Origin: the human T2T-CHM13v2.0 reference genome, Homo sapiens
Assembly: GCF_009914755.1 (NCBI RefSeq)
Contig: NC_060948.1
Length of the DNA: 64,000 bases
Strand: one strand, 5' to 3'
In this document: positions 1 through 20,696 of the stretch, in pieces
How the letters are laid out: each line of letters starts with the position of its first letter
How positions within the stretch are numbered: position 1 is the stretch's first letter
Notes under the pieces: model-generated
Databases searched by the model: none
Told to the model about the DNA's origin: nothing
What the model saw: only the letters and a program-made list of their open reading frames with translations
Program-made: the position numbers and the translations under genes

Positions 1-1032
1 TGTCACATGTGTTATATATTATATATTTTACATAGAATATACCGGTTACATACAATATATACTATGTTACCTATAATGTATAATTTATTACATGTAAAAT
101 AAAGAATGCAATATATTATGTATAATTTATAATATACCATATGTGGAATGTGATATATATAACATATCATATATGATATATGATATACAGTATATGATAT
201 ATAACATACAATATATGATTCCTAATATATATGGTATACAATATATATTTTATGATATGTATTCTATATGTTTTATATTCTGTTATATATAACTATTTGA
301 AATTATATATAACTGTATAATATTTTATGTAAATATGTAATATAATATATATAACTATATAATATATTATATATAACTATATATTATGTTATATATACTT
401 TTATAACATAATTTACATAAAATATCATAATATAATATATATTATATTATTTCATATTACATAATATATATTACATATCACCCAATATAACTAACATACA
501 TAATATTATAATATAGATTATATTGTGTTATATTAAATATCATATATATCATGTATCATATATTCTATAATATATATTACACATTATATAATATGTATGT
601 TGTCTATTATGTGATATATATAACTATATATATAATTATATTTTTATACATATAACTAGATAAACATGTAATTCTACATATTTTCATTTATAATATGTAG
701 AATTATATAATCATATATAATTATTTATATTCTATAAAAAATTTTATCATTATATAAATTATAATATATAAAAATTATAATATGTACTACAAATATATAT
801 ATTATATATCATATATGATATAGTACCTTTGTTATATATCATAATACATATACATGTGTATTATGTTATCTATAATTATATAATTTCATATATAAGATGT
901 ATAATATGTATCATATATTATATAAGTTATGTAATATATATAGTATATATAAGATGACACAGGATAAATATTATATACTATGACATATAAAATATATGAG
1001 GTTATATGTTACATATAAGGCATAGCACATAA

Positions 1033-1347
<315 letters not shown>

Positions 1348-1920
1348 AGATCCATATTTTGTAAATGAAAAAAAATTTCAAAGGTACTCTGCTTGGTACA
1401 ATAATCAAATGTATAAACTGAGGAATAAAACATAACCATGAAACCTACTTATAACTGCATATGGAAAATACAGAGGATAATTTTTTAAATAACATATTTT
1501 GAAAGCCTTAACTAGTAATTTGAAGAGTTGGCATTTGAAAGGCCAGTATGAATATACCTTCAAAGCAGCAACACAGGTTCCCCATGAGAAAAAGCAAACA
1601 CAGGGAAAACAAAAACACAAAGGTTCAATCTCTTCTGACCTTTGAAAGACACAGCACAGACAGTGGTCCTTAGGACGAAGAGCAGGAGACCCCTAATTCC
1701 GTCACCATGGCGATAGGGCATAAACATTGCTGGGTGAGGGCACAATCCACATTGTGAGGTCCAACTGCTGCCAGGAAGACAGGAGTGCTTTTACATAGAC
1801 CGAAAGGTCATTGAAGGCTCAGAGTTTTGTTTCAAGAACTGAATCCCAAGCCCACACGTTATTAGGCTGCGCTTCTTAAAACAAGTTATGAGATGGGAAA
1901 AAGGGCACCCACAAACATAC
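1348..1920. repeat. Non-Alu, more GC-balanced subunit of the monomer (HSATI-type segment); present in each of the 26 complete units
   Basis: ~570 bp of non-simple sequence between the Alu 5' end and the restart of AT-rich sequence. The name is assigned from the known tripartite DYZ2 structure, not from an alignment; boundaries are approximate. Confidence 0.75.
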
Positions 1921-3767
<1,847 letters not shown>

Positions 3768-5870
3768 AGATCCATATTTTTTAAATGAAAAAAAATTTCA
3801 AAGGTACTCTGCTTGGTACAATAATCAAATGTATAAACTGAGGAATAAAACATAACCATGAAACCTACTTATAACTGCATATGGAAAATACAGAGGATAA
3901 TTTTTTAAATAACATATTTTGAAAGCCTTAACTAGTAATTTGAAGAGCTGGCATTTGAAAGGCCTGTATGAATATACCTTAAAAGCAGCAACACAGGTTC
4001 CCCATGAGAAAAAGCAAACACAGGGAAAATAAAAACACAAAGGTTCAATCTCTTCTGAGCTTTGAAAGACACAGCACAGACAGTGGTCCTTAGGACGAAG
4101 AGCAGGAGACCCCTAATTCCGTCACCATGGCGATAGGGCATAAACATTGCTGGGTGAGGGCACAATCCACATTGTGAGGTCCAACTGCTGCCAGGAAGAC
4201 AGGAGTGCTTTTACATAGACCGAAAGGTCATTGAAGGCTCAGAGTTTTCTTTCAAGAACTGAATCCCAAGCCCACACGTTATTAGGCTGCGCTTCTTAAA
4301 ACAAGTTATGAGATGGGAAAAAGGGCACCCACAAACATACGTATACATTATGTATATAATAATATACAGTATCATATATATAATATATATAACCTATGTA
4401 TAATAGTGTTTTACATCCTGCATCTTATGTTATATATATTGTATAAAATATAATAATTGATAATATATAAGTTTTATATTTATACAATATGACATATAGT
4501 ATATATTATAATTTATGACATATATAATATATGTTATATGTCATATATAGAATATATTATACGGTTAATATACGTATTAAATATAAATTATACATTATAT
4601 ATATTATATATAATATATCTGTTATATATAATACCCATTATGCATAATATATATATTATGTCTATGTTATATATAGTATAAAACAACATATAATAATATA
4701 TAATTGTATATATAAAATGCGACATATAATATATATTATATTTTATCACATATGTAATATATATTATATATTATATATAATACGTTGTATGTATAATACC
4801 TATATTAAATATATGTTATATGACTATGTTATTAATTACATGTCACATGTGTTATATATTATATATTTTACATAGAATATACCGGTTACATACAATATAT
4901 ACTATGTTACCTATAATGTATAATTTATTACATGTAAAATAAAGAATGCAATATATTATGTATAATTTATAATATACCATATGTGGAATGTGATATATAT
5001 AACATATAATATATGATATATGATATACAGTATATGATATATAACATACAATATATGATTCCTAATATATATGGTATACAATATATATTTTATGATATGT
5101 ATTCTATATGTTTTATATTCTGTTATATATAACTATTTGAAATTATATAAAACTGTATAATATTTTATGTAAATATGTAATATAATATATATAACTATAT
5201 AATATATTATATATAACTATATATTATGTTATATATACTTTTATAACATAATTTACATAAAATATCATAATATAATGTATATTATATTATTTCATATTAC
5301 ATAATATATATTACATATCACCCAATATAACTAACATACATAATATTATAATATAGATTATATTGCGTTATATTAAATATCATATATATCATGTATCATA
5401 TATTCTATAATATATATTACACATTATATAATATGTATGTTGTCTATTATGTGATATATATAACTATATATAATTATATTTTTATACATATAACTAGATA
5501 AACATGTAATTCTACATATTTTCATTTATAATATGTAGAATTATATAATCATATATAATTATTTATATTCTATAAAAAATTTTATCATTATATAAATTAT
5601 AATATATAAAAATTATAATATGTACTACAAATATATATATTATATATCATATATGATATAGTACCTTTGTTATATTTCATAATACATATAAATGTGTATT
5701 ATGTTATCTATAATTATATAATTTCATATATAAGATGTATAATATGTATCATATATTATATATGTTATGTAATATATATAGTATATATAAGATGACACAG
5801 GATAAATATTATATACTATGACATATAAAATATATGAGGTTATATGTTACATATAAGGCATAGCACATAA

Positions 5871-6185
<315 letters not shown>

Positions 6186-8290
6186 AGATCCATATTTTTT
6201 AAATGAAAAAAAATTTCAAAGGTACTCTGCTTGGTACAATAATCAAATGTATAAACTGAGGAATAAAACATAACCATGAAACCTACTTATAACTGCATAT
6301 GGAAAATACAGAAGATAATTTTTTAAATAACATATTTTGAAAGCCTTAACTAGTAATTTGAAGAGTTGGCATTTGAAAGGCCAGTATGAATATACCTTCA
6401 AAGCAGCAACACAGGTTCCCCATGAGAAAAAGCAAACACAGGGAAAATTAAAACACAAAGGTTCAATCTCTTCTGACCTTTGAAAGACACAGCACAGACA
6501 GTGGTCCTTAGGAGGAAGAGCTCGAGACCCCTAATTCCGTCACCATGGCGATAGGGCATAAACATTGCTGGGTGAGGGCACAATCCACATTGTGAGGTCC
6601 AACTGCTGCCAGGAAGACAGGAGTGCTTTTACATAGACCGAAAGGTCATTGAAGGCTCAGAGTTTTGTTTCAAGAACTGAATCCCAAGCCCACACGTTAT
6701 TAGGCTGCGCTTCTTAAAACAAGTTATGAGATGGGAAAAAGGGCACCCACAAACATACGTATACATTATGTATATAATAATATACAGTATCATATATATA
6801 ATATATATAACCTATGTATAATATTGTTTTACATCCTGCATCTTATGTTATATATATTGTATAAAATATAATAATTGATAATATATAAGTTTTATAATTA
6901 TACAATATGACATATAGTATATATTATAATTTATGACATATATAATATATGTTATATGTCATATATAGAATATATTATACGGTTAATATACGTATTAAAT
7001 ATAAATTATACATTATATATATTATATATAATATATCTGTTATATATAATACCCATTATGCATAATATATATATTATGTCTATGTTATATATAGTATAAA
7101 ACAACATATAATAATATATAATTGTATATATAAAATGCGACATATAATATATATTATATTTTATAACATATGTAATATATATTATATATTATATATAATA
7201 CGTTGTATGTATAATACCTATATTAAATATATATTATATGACTATGTTATTATTTACATGTCACATGTGTTATATATTATATATTTTACATAGAATATAC
7301 CGGTTACATACAATATATACTATGTTACCTATAATGTATAATTTATTACATGTAAAATAAAGAATGCAATATATTATGTATAATTTATAATATACCATAT
7401 GTGGAATGTGATATATATAACATATAATATATGATATATGATATACAGTATATGATATATAACATACAATATATGATTCCTAATATATATGGTATACAAT
7501 ATATATTTTATGATAAGTATTCTATATGTTTTATATTCTGTTATATATAACTATTTGAAATTATATATAACTTTATAATATTTTATGTAAATATGTAATA
7601 TAATATATATAACTATATAATATATTATATATAACTATATATTATGTTATATATACTTTTATAACATAATTTACATAAAATATCATAATATAATATATAT
7701 TATATTATTTCATATTACATAATATATATTACATATCACCCAATATAACTAACATACATAATATTATAAGATAGATTATATTGTGTTATATTAAATATCA
7801 TATATATCATGTATCATATATTCTATAATATATATTACACATTATATAATATGTATGTTGTCTATTATGTGATATATATAACTATATATATAATTATATT
7901 TTTATACATATAACTAGATAAACATGTAATTCTACATATTTTCATTTATAATATGTAGAATTATATAATCATATATAATTATTTATATTCTATAAAAAAT
8001 TTTATCATTATATAAATTATAATATATAAAAATTATAATATGTACTACAAATATATATATTATATATCATATATGATATAGTACCTTTGTTATATATCAT
8101 AATACATATACATGTGTATTATGTTATCTATAATTATATAATTTCATATATAAGATGTATAATATGTATCATATATTATATAAGTTATGTAATATATATA
8201 GTATATATAAGATGACACAGGATAAATATTATATACTATGACATATAAAATATATGAGGTTATATGTTACATATAAGGCATAGCACATAA

Positions 8291-8605
<315 letters not shown>

Positions 8606-10708
8606 AGATCCATATTTTGTAAATGAAAAAAAATTTCAAAGGTACTCTGCTTGGTACAATAATCAAATGTATAAACTGAGGAATAAAACATAACCATGAA
8701 ACCTACTTATAACTGCATATGGAAAATACAGAGGATAATTTTTTAAATAACATATTTTGAAAGCCTTAACTAGTAATTTGAAGAGTTGGCATTTGAAAGG
8801 CCAGTATGAATATACCTTCAAAGCAGCAACACAGGTTCCCCATGAGAAAAAGCAAACACAGGGAAAACAAAAACACAAAGGTTCAATCTCTTCTGAGCTT
8901 TGAAAGACACAGCACAGACAGTGGTCCTTAGGACGAAGAGCAGGAGACCCCTAATTCCGTCACCATGGCGATAGGGCATAAACATTGCTGGGTGAGGGCA
9001 CAATCCACATTGTGAGGTCCAACTGCTGCCAGGAAGACAGGAGTGCTTTTACATAGACCGAAAGGTCATTGAAGGCTCAGAGTTTTGTTTCAAGAACTGA
9101 ATCCCAAGCCCACACGTTATTAGGCTGCGCTTCTTAAAACAAGTTATGAGATGGGAAAAAGGGCACCCACAAACATACGTATACATTATGTATATAATAA
9201 TATACAGTATCATATATATAATATATATAACCTATGTATAATACTGTTTTACATCCTGCATCTTATGTTATATATATTGTATAAAATATAATAATTGATA
9301 ATATATAAGTTTTATAATTATACAATATGACATATAGTATATATTATAATTTATGACATATAATATATGTTATATGTCATATATAGAATATATTATACGG
9401 TTAATATACGTATTAAATATAAATTATACATTATATATATTATATACAATATATCTGTTATATATAATACCCATTATGCATAATATATATATTATGTCTA
9501 TGTTATATATAGTATAAAACAACATATAATAATATATAATTGTATATATAAAATGCGACATATAATATATATTATATTTTATAACATATGTAATATATAT
9601 TATATATTATATATAATACGTTGTATGTATAATACCTATATTAAATATATATTATATGACTATGTTATTAATTACATGTCACATGTGTTATATATTATAT
9701 ATTTTACATAGAATATACCGGTTACGTACAATATATACTATGTTACCTATAATGTATAATTTATTACATGTAAAATAAAGAATGCAATATATTATGTATA
9801 ATTTATAATATACCATATGTGGAATGTGATATATATAACATATAATATATGATATATGATATACAGTATATGATATATAACATACAATATATGATTCCTA
9901 ATATATACGGTATACAATATATATTTTATGATATGTATTCTATATGTTTTATATTCTGTTATATATAACTATTTGAAATTATATATAACTGTATAATATT
10001 TTATGTAAATATGTAATATAATATATATAACTATATAATATATTATATATAACTATATATTATGTTATATATACTTTTATAACATAATTTACATAAAATA
10101 TCATAATATAATATATATTATATTATTTCATATTACATAATATATATTACATATCACCCAATATAACTAACATACATAATATTATAATATAGATTATATT
10201 GTGTTATATTAAATATCATATATATCATGTATCATATATTCTATAATATATATTACACATTATATAATATGTATGTTGTCTATTATGTGATATATATAAC
10301 TATATATATAATTATATTTTTATACATATAACTAGATAAACATGTAATTCTACATATTTTCATTTATAATATGTAGAATTATATAATCATATATAATTAT
10401 TAATATTCTATAAAAAATTTTATCATTATATAAATTATAATATATAAAAATTATAATATGTATTACAAATATATATATTATATATCATATATGATATAGT
10501 ACCTTTGTTATATATCATAATACATATACATGTGTATTATGTTATCTATAATTATATAATTTCATATATAAGATGTATAATATGTATCATATATTATATA
10601 AGTTATGTAATATATATAGGATATATAAGATGACACAGGATAAATATTATATACTATGACATATAAAATATATGAGGTTATATGTTACATATAAGGCATA
10701 GCACATAA

Positions 10709-11023
<315 letters not shown>

Positions 11024-13126
11024 AGATCCATATTTTGTAAATGAAAAAAAATTTCAAAGGTACTCTGCTTGGTACAATAATCAAATGTATAAACTGAGGA
11101 ATAAAACATAACCATGAAACCTACTTATAACTGCATATGGAAAATACAGAGGATAATTTTTTAAATAACATATTTTGAAAGCCTTAACTAGTAATTTGAA
11201 GAGCTGGCATTTGAAAGGCCAGTATGAATATACCTTAAAAGCAGCAACACAGGTTCCCCATGAGAAAAAGCAAACACAGGGAAAATAAAAACACAAAGGT
11301 TCAATCTCTTCTGACCTTTGAAAGACACAGCACAGACAGTGGTCCTTAGGACGAAGAGCAGGAGACCCCTAATTCCGTCACCATGGCGATAGGGCATAAA
11401 CATTGCTGGGTGAGGGCACAATCCACATTGTGAGGTCCAACTGCTGCCAGGAAGACAGGAGTGCTTTTACATAGACCGAAAGGTCATTGAAGGCTCAGAG
11501 TTTTGTTTCAAGAACTGAATCCCAAGCCCACACGTTATTAGGCTGCGCTTCTTAAAACAAGTTATGAGATGGGAAAAAGGGCACCCACAAACATACGTAT
11601 ACATTATGTATATAATAATATACAGTATCATATATATAATATATATAACCTATGTATAATAGTGTTTTACATCCTGCATCTTATGTTATATATATTGTAT
11701 AAAATATAATAATTGATAATATATAAGTTTTATATTTATACAATATGACATATAGTATATATTATAATTTATGACATATATAATATATGTTATATGTCAT
11801 ATATAGAATATATTATACGGTTAATATACGTATTAAATATAAATTATACATTATATATATTATATATAATATATCTGTTATATATAATACCCATTATGCA
11901 TAATATATATATTATGTCTATGTTATATATAGTATAAAACAACATATAATAATATATAATTGTATATATAAAATGCGACATATAATATATATTATATTTT
12001 ATCACATATGTAATATATATTATATATTATATATAATACGTTGTATGTATAATACCTATATTAAATATATGTTATATGACTATGTTATTAATTACATGTC
12101 ACATGTGTTATATATTATATATTTTACATAGAATATACCGGTTACATACAATATATACTATGTTACCTATAATGTATAATTTATTACATGTAAAATAAAG
12201 AATGCAATATATTATGTATAATTTATAATATACAATATGTGGAATGTGATATATATAACATATAATATATGATATATGATATACAGTATATGATATATAA
12301 CATACAATATATGATTCCTAATATATATGGTATACAATATATATTTTATGATATGTATTCTATATGTTTTATATTCTGTTATATATAACTATTTGAAATT
12401 ATATAAAACTGTATAATATTTTATGTAAATATGTAATATAATATATATAACTATATAATATATTATATATAACTATATATTATGTTATATATACTTTTAT
12501 AACATAATTTACATAAAATATCATAATATAATATATATTATATTATTTCATATTACATAATATATATTACATATCACCCAATATAACTAACATACATAAT
12601 ATTATAATATAGATTATATTGCGTTATATTAAATATCATATATATCATGTATCATATATTCTATAATATATATTACACATTATATAATATATATGTTGTC
12701 TATTATGTGATATATATAACTATATATAATTATATTTTTATACATATAACTAGATAAACATGTAATTCTACATATTTTCATTTATAATATGTAGAATTAT
12801 ATAATCATATATAATTATTTATATTCTATAAAAAATTTTATCATTATATAAATTATAATATATAAAAATTATAATATGTACTACAAATATATATATTATA
12901 TATCATATATGATATAGTACCTTTGTTATATTTCATAATACATATAAATGTGTATTATGTTATCTATAATTATATAATTTCATATATAAGATGTATAATA
13001 TGTATCATATATTATATATGTTATGTAATATATATAGTATATATAAGATGACACAGGATAAATATTATATACTATGACATATAAAATATATGAGGTTATA
13101 TGTTACATATAAGGCATAGCACATAA

Positions 13127-13441
<315 letters not shown>

Positions 13442-15546
13442 AGATCCATATTTTTTAAATGAAAAAAAATTTCAAAGGTACTCTGCTTGGTACAATAATC
13501 AAATGTATAAACTGAGGAATAAAACATAACCATGAAACCTACTTATAACTGCATATGGAAAATACAGAAGATAATTTTTTAAATAACATATTTTGAAAGC
13601 CTTAACTAGTAATTTGAAGAGTTGGCATTTGAAAGGCCAGTATGAATATACCTTCAAAGCAGCAACACAGGTTCCCCATGAGAAAAAGCAAACACAGGGA
13701 AAATTAAAACACAAAGGTTCAATCTCTTCTGACCTTTGAAAGACACAGCACAGACAGTGGTCCTTAGGAGGAAGAGCACGAGACCCCTAATTCCGTCACC
13801 ATGGCGATAGGGCATAAACATTGCTGGGTGAGGGCACAATCCACATTGTGAGGTCCAACTGCTGCCAGGAAGACAGGAGTGCTTTTACATAGACCGAAAG
13901 GTCATTGAAGGCTCAGAGTTTTGTTTCAAGAACTGAATCCCAAGCCCACACGTTATTAGGCTGCGCTTCTTAAAACAAGTTATGAGATGGGAAAAAGGGC
14001 ACCCACAAACATACGTATACATTATGTATATAATAATATACAGTATCATATATATAATATATATAACCTATGTATAATATTGTTTTACATCCTGCATCTT
14101 ATGTTATATATATTGTATAAAATATAATAATTGATAATATATAAGTTTTATAATTATACAATATGACATATAGTATATATTATAATTTATGACATATATA
14201 ATATATGTTATATGTCATATATAGAATATATTATACGGTTAATATACGTATTAAATATAAATTATACATTATATATATTATATATAATATATCTGTTATA
14301 TATAATACCCATTATGCATAATATATATATTATGTCTATGTTATATATAGTATAAAACAACATATAATAATATATAATTGTATATATAAAATGCGACATA
14401 TAATATATATTATATTTTATAACATATGTAATATATATTATATATTATATATAATACGTTGTATGTATAATACCTATATTAAATATATATTATATGACTA
14501 TGTTATTAATTACATGTCACATGTGTTATATATTATATATTTTACATAGAATATACCGGTTACATACAATATATACTATGTTACCTATAATGTATAATTT
14601 ATTACATGTAAAATAAAGAATGCAATATATTATGTATAATTTATAATATACCATATGTGGAATGTGATATATATAACATATAATATATGATATATGATAT
14701 ACAGTATATGATATATAACATACAATATATGATTCCTAATATATATGGTATACAATATATATTTTATGATAAGTATTCTATATGTTTTATATTCTGTTAT
14801 ATATAACTATTTGAAATTATATATAACTTTATAATATTTTATGTAAATATGTAATATAATATATATAACTATATAATATATTATATATAACTATATATTA
14901 TGTTATATATACTTTTATAACATAATTTACATAAAATATCATAATATAATATATATTATATTATTTCATATTACATAATATATATTACATATCACCCAAT
15001 ATAACTAACATACATAATATTATAAGATAGATTATATTGTGTTATATTAAATATCATATATATCATGTATCATATATTCTATAATATATATTACACATTA
15101 TATAATATGTATGTTGTCTATTATGTGATATATATAACTATATATATAATTATATTTTTATACATATAACTAGATAAACATGTAATTCTACATATTTTCA
15201 TTTATAATATGTAGAATTATATAATCATATATAATTATTTATATTCTATAAAAAATTTTATCATTATATTAATTATAATATATAAAAATTATAATATGTA
15301 CTACAAATATATATATTATATATCATATATGATATAGTACCTTTGTTATATATCATAATATATATAAATGTGTATTATGTTATCTATAATTATATAATTT
15401 CATATATAAGATGTATAATATGTATCATATATTATATAAGTTATGTAATATATATAGTATATATAAGATGACACAGGATAAATATTATATACTATGACAT
15501 ATAAAATATATGAGGTTATATGTTACATATAAGGCATAGCACATAA

Positions 15547-15861
<315 letters not shown>

Positions 15862-17966
15862 AGATCCATATTTTGTAAATGAAAAAAAATTTCAAAGGTA
15901 CTCTGCTTGGTATAATAATCAAATGTATAAACTGAGGAATAAAACATAACCATGAAACCTACTTATAACTGCATATGGAAAATACAGAGGATAATTTTTT
16001 AAATAACATATTTTGAAAGCCTTAACTAGTAATTTGAAGAGTTGGCATTTGAAAGGCCAGTATGAATATACCTTCAAATCAGCAACACAGGTTCCCCATG
16101 AGAAAAAGCAAACACAGGGAAAACAAAAACACAAATGTTCAATCTCTTCTGACCTTTGAAAGACACAGCACAGACAGTGGTCCTTAGGACGAAGAGCAGG
16201 AGACCCCTAATTCCGTCACCATGGCGATAGGGCATAAACATTGCTGGGTGAGGGCACAATCCACATTGTGAGGTCCAACTGCTGCCAGGAAGACAGGAGT
16301 GCTTTTACATAGACCGAAAGGTCATTGAAGGCTCAGAGTTTTGTTTCAAGAACTGAATCCCAAGCCCACACGTTATTAGGCTGCGCTTCTTAAAACAAGT
16401 TATGAGATGGGAAAAAGGGCACCCACAAACATACGTATACATTATGTATATAATAATATACAGTATCATATATATAATATATATAACCTATGTATAATAT
16501 TGTTTTACATCCTGCATCTTATGTTATATATATTGTATAAAATATAATAATTGATAATATATAAGTTTTATAATTATACAATAAGACATATAGTATATAT
16601 TATAATTTGTGACATATATAATATATGTTATATGTCATATATAGAATATATTATACGGTTAATATACGTATTAAATATAAATTATACATTATATATATTA
16701 TATATATTATATCTGTTATATATAATACTCATTATGCTTAATATATATATTATGTCTATGTTATATATAGTATAAAACAACATATAATAATATATAATTG
16801 TATATATAAAATGCGACATATAATATATATTATATTTTATAACATATGTAATATATATTATATATTATATATAATACGTTGTTTGTATAATACCTATATT
16901 AAATATATATTATATGACTATGTTATTAATTACATGTCACATGTGTTATATATTATATATTTTACATAGAATATACCGGTTACATACAATATATACTATG
17001 TTACCTATAATGTATAATTTTTTACATGTAAAATAAAGAATGCAATATATTATGTATAATTTATAATATACCATATGTGGAATGTGATATATATAACATA
17101 TAATATATGATATATGATATACAGTATATGATATATAACATACAATATATGATTCCTAATATATATGGTATACAATATATATTTTATGATATGTATTCTA
17201 TATGTTTTATATTCTGTTATATATAACTATTTGAAATTATATATAACTGTATAATATTTTATGTAAATATGTAATATAATATATATAACTATATAATATA
17301 TTATATATAACTATATATTATGTTATATATACTTTTATAACATAATTTACATAAAATATCATAATATAATATATATTATATTATTTCATATTACATAATA
17401 TATATTACATATCACCCAATATAAGTAACATACATAATATTATAATATAGATTATATTGTGTTATATTAAATATCATATATATCATGTATCATATATTCT
17501 ATAATATATATTACACATTATATAATATGTATGTTGTCTATTATGTGATATACATAACTATATATATAATTATATTTTTATACATATAACTAGATAAACA
17601 TGTAATTCTACATATTTTCATTTATAATATGTAGAATTATATAATCATATATAATTATTTATATTCTATAAAAAATTTTATCATTATATAAATTATAATA
17701 TATAAAAATTATAATATGTACTACAAATATATATATTATATATCATATATGATATAGTACCTTTGTTATATATCATAATACATATAAATGTGTATTATGT
17801 TATCTATAATTATATAATTTCATATAAAAGATGTATAATATGTATCATATATTATATATGTTATGTAATATATATAGTATATATAAGATGACACAGGATA
17901 AATATTATATACTATGACATATAAAATATATGAGGTTACATGTTACATATAAGGCATAGCACATAA

Positions 17967-18281
<315 letters not shown>

Positions 18282-20404
18282 AGATCCATATTTTTTAAAT
18301 GAAAAAAAATTTCAAAGGTACTCTGCTTGGTACAATAATCAAATGTATAAACTGAGGAATAAAACATAACCATGAAACCTACTTATAACTGCATATGGAA
18401 AATACAGAGGATAATTTTTTAAATAACATATTTTGAAAGCCTTAACTAGTAATTTGAAGAGTTGGCATTTGAAAGGCCAGTATGAATATACCTTCAAAGC
18501 AGCAACACAGGTTCCCCATGAGAAAAAGCAAACACAGGGAAAATAAAAACACAAAGGTTCAATCTCTTCTGACCTTTGAAAGACACAGCACAGACAGTGG
18601 TCCTTAGGACGAAGAGCAGGAGACCCCTAATTCCGTCACCATGGCGATAGGGCACAAACATTGCTGGGTGAGGGCACAATCCACATTGTGAGGTCCAACT
18701 GCTGCCAGGAAGACAGGAGTGCTTTTACATAGACCGAAAGGTCATTGAAGGCTCAGAGTTTTGTTTCAAGAACTGAATCCCAAGCCCACACGTTATTAGG
18801 CTGCGCTTCTTAAAACAAGTTATGAGATGGGAAAAAGGGCACCCACAAACATACGTATACATTATGTATATAATAATATACAGTATCATATATATAATAT
18901 ATATAACCTATGTATAATATTGTTTTACATCCTGCATCTTATGTTATATATATTGTATAAAATATAATAATTGATAATATATAAGTTTTATAATTATACA
19001 ATATGACATATAGTATATATTATAATTTATGACATATATAATATATGTTATATATCATATATAGAATATATTATACGGTTAATATACGTATTAAATATAA
19101 ATTATACATTATATATATTATATATAATATATCTGTTATATATAATACCCATTATGCATAATATATATATTATGTCTATGTTATATATAGTATAAAACAA
19201 CTTATAATAATATATAATTGTATATATAAAATGCGACATATAATATATATTATATTTTATAACATATGTAATATATATTATATATAATACGTTGTATGTA
19301 TAATACCTATATTAAATATATATTATATGACTATGTTATTAATTACATGTCACATGTGTTATATATTATATATTTTACATAGAATATACCGGTTACATAC
19401 AATATATACTATGTTACCTATAATGTATAATTTATTACATGTAAAATAAAGAATGCAATATATTATGTATAATTTATAATATACAATATGTGGAATGTGA
19501 CATATGTAACATATAATATATGATATATGATATACAGTATATGATATATAACATACAATATATGATTCCTAATATATACGGTATACAATATATATTTTAT
19601 GATATGTATTCTATATGTTTTATATTCTGTTATATATAACTATTTGAAATTATATATAACTGTATAATATTTTATGTAAATATGTAATATAATATATATA
19701 ACTATATAATATATTATATATAACTATATATTATGTTATATATACTTTTATAACATAATTTACATAAAATATCATAATATAATATATATTATATTATTTC
19801 ATATTCCATAATATATATTACATATCACCCAATATAACTAACATACATAATATTATAATATAGATTATATTATGTTATATTAAATATCATATATATCATG
19901 TATCATATATTCTATAATATATATTACACATTATATAATATGTATGTTGTCTATTATGTGATATATATAACTCAATATATAATTATATTTTTATACATAT
20001 AACTAGATAAACATGTAATTCTACATATTATCATTTATAATATGTAGAATTATATAATCATATATAATTATTTATATTCTATAAAAAATTTTATCATTAT
20101 ATAAATTATAATATATAAAAATTATAATATGTACTACAAATATATATATATTATATATCATATATGATATAGTACCTTTGTTATATATCATAATACATAT
20201 AAATGTGTATTATGTTATCTATAATTATATAATTTCATATATAAGATGTATAATATGTATCATATATTATATATGTTATGTAATATATATAGTATATATA
20301 AGATGACACAGGATAAATATTATATACTATGACATATAAAATATATGAGGTTATATGTTACATATAAGGCATAGCACATAACATGTAATATATATCATAT
20401 ATAA

Positions 20405-20696
20405 TTTTTTTTTACACAGAATCTTGTCCTGTTGCACAGGGTGGGGTACAATGGCGCCATCTTTGCTCACTGCAACTTCTGCCTCACGGGTCCAAGCGAT
20501 TGTCCTCCCTCAGCCCCTCAGGTAGCTGGGACTACACCACACTGGGACTACACCAGCTGCCACCATGCCTAGCTAATTTTTTGGATTTTTAGTAGTGACA
20601 GCGTTTCACTGTATTGGCCAGGATGGTCTTGATCTCTTCACCTTGTGATCCCCTTGCCTTGGCCTCCAAATTTGCTGGGATTACAGGCCTGAGCCA
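20405..20696 (-). mobile_element. Diverged Alu, unit 9
   Basis: Copy of the unit-1 Alu. Confidence 0.93.

Noticed and set aside
1405-1745. Recurring 71-aa and 61-aa minus-strand ORFs in nearly every unit
   Set aside because: They are short and start at non-ATG codons (TTG/GTG) with no recognisable domain. They recur only because the DNA is repeated; variants are mostly nonsynonymous, and the 61-aa frame is broken in unit 25.
1741-1756. Small hairpin CACAAT-CCAC-ATTGTG and 6-8 bp palindromes (ACATGT, ATACGTAT)
   Set aside because: Stems are too short to exceed chance expectation; conservation reflects only array homogeneity.
16551-16775. 74-aa Ile/Tyr-rich plus-strand ORF
   Set aside because: Translation of TA-rich low-complexity DNA, opened by private substitutions in unit 7 only.
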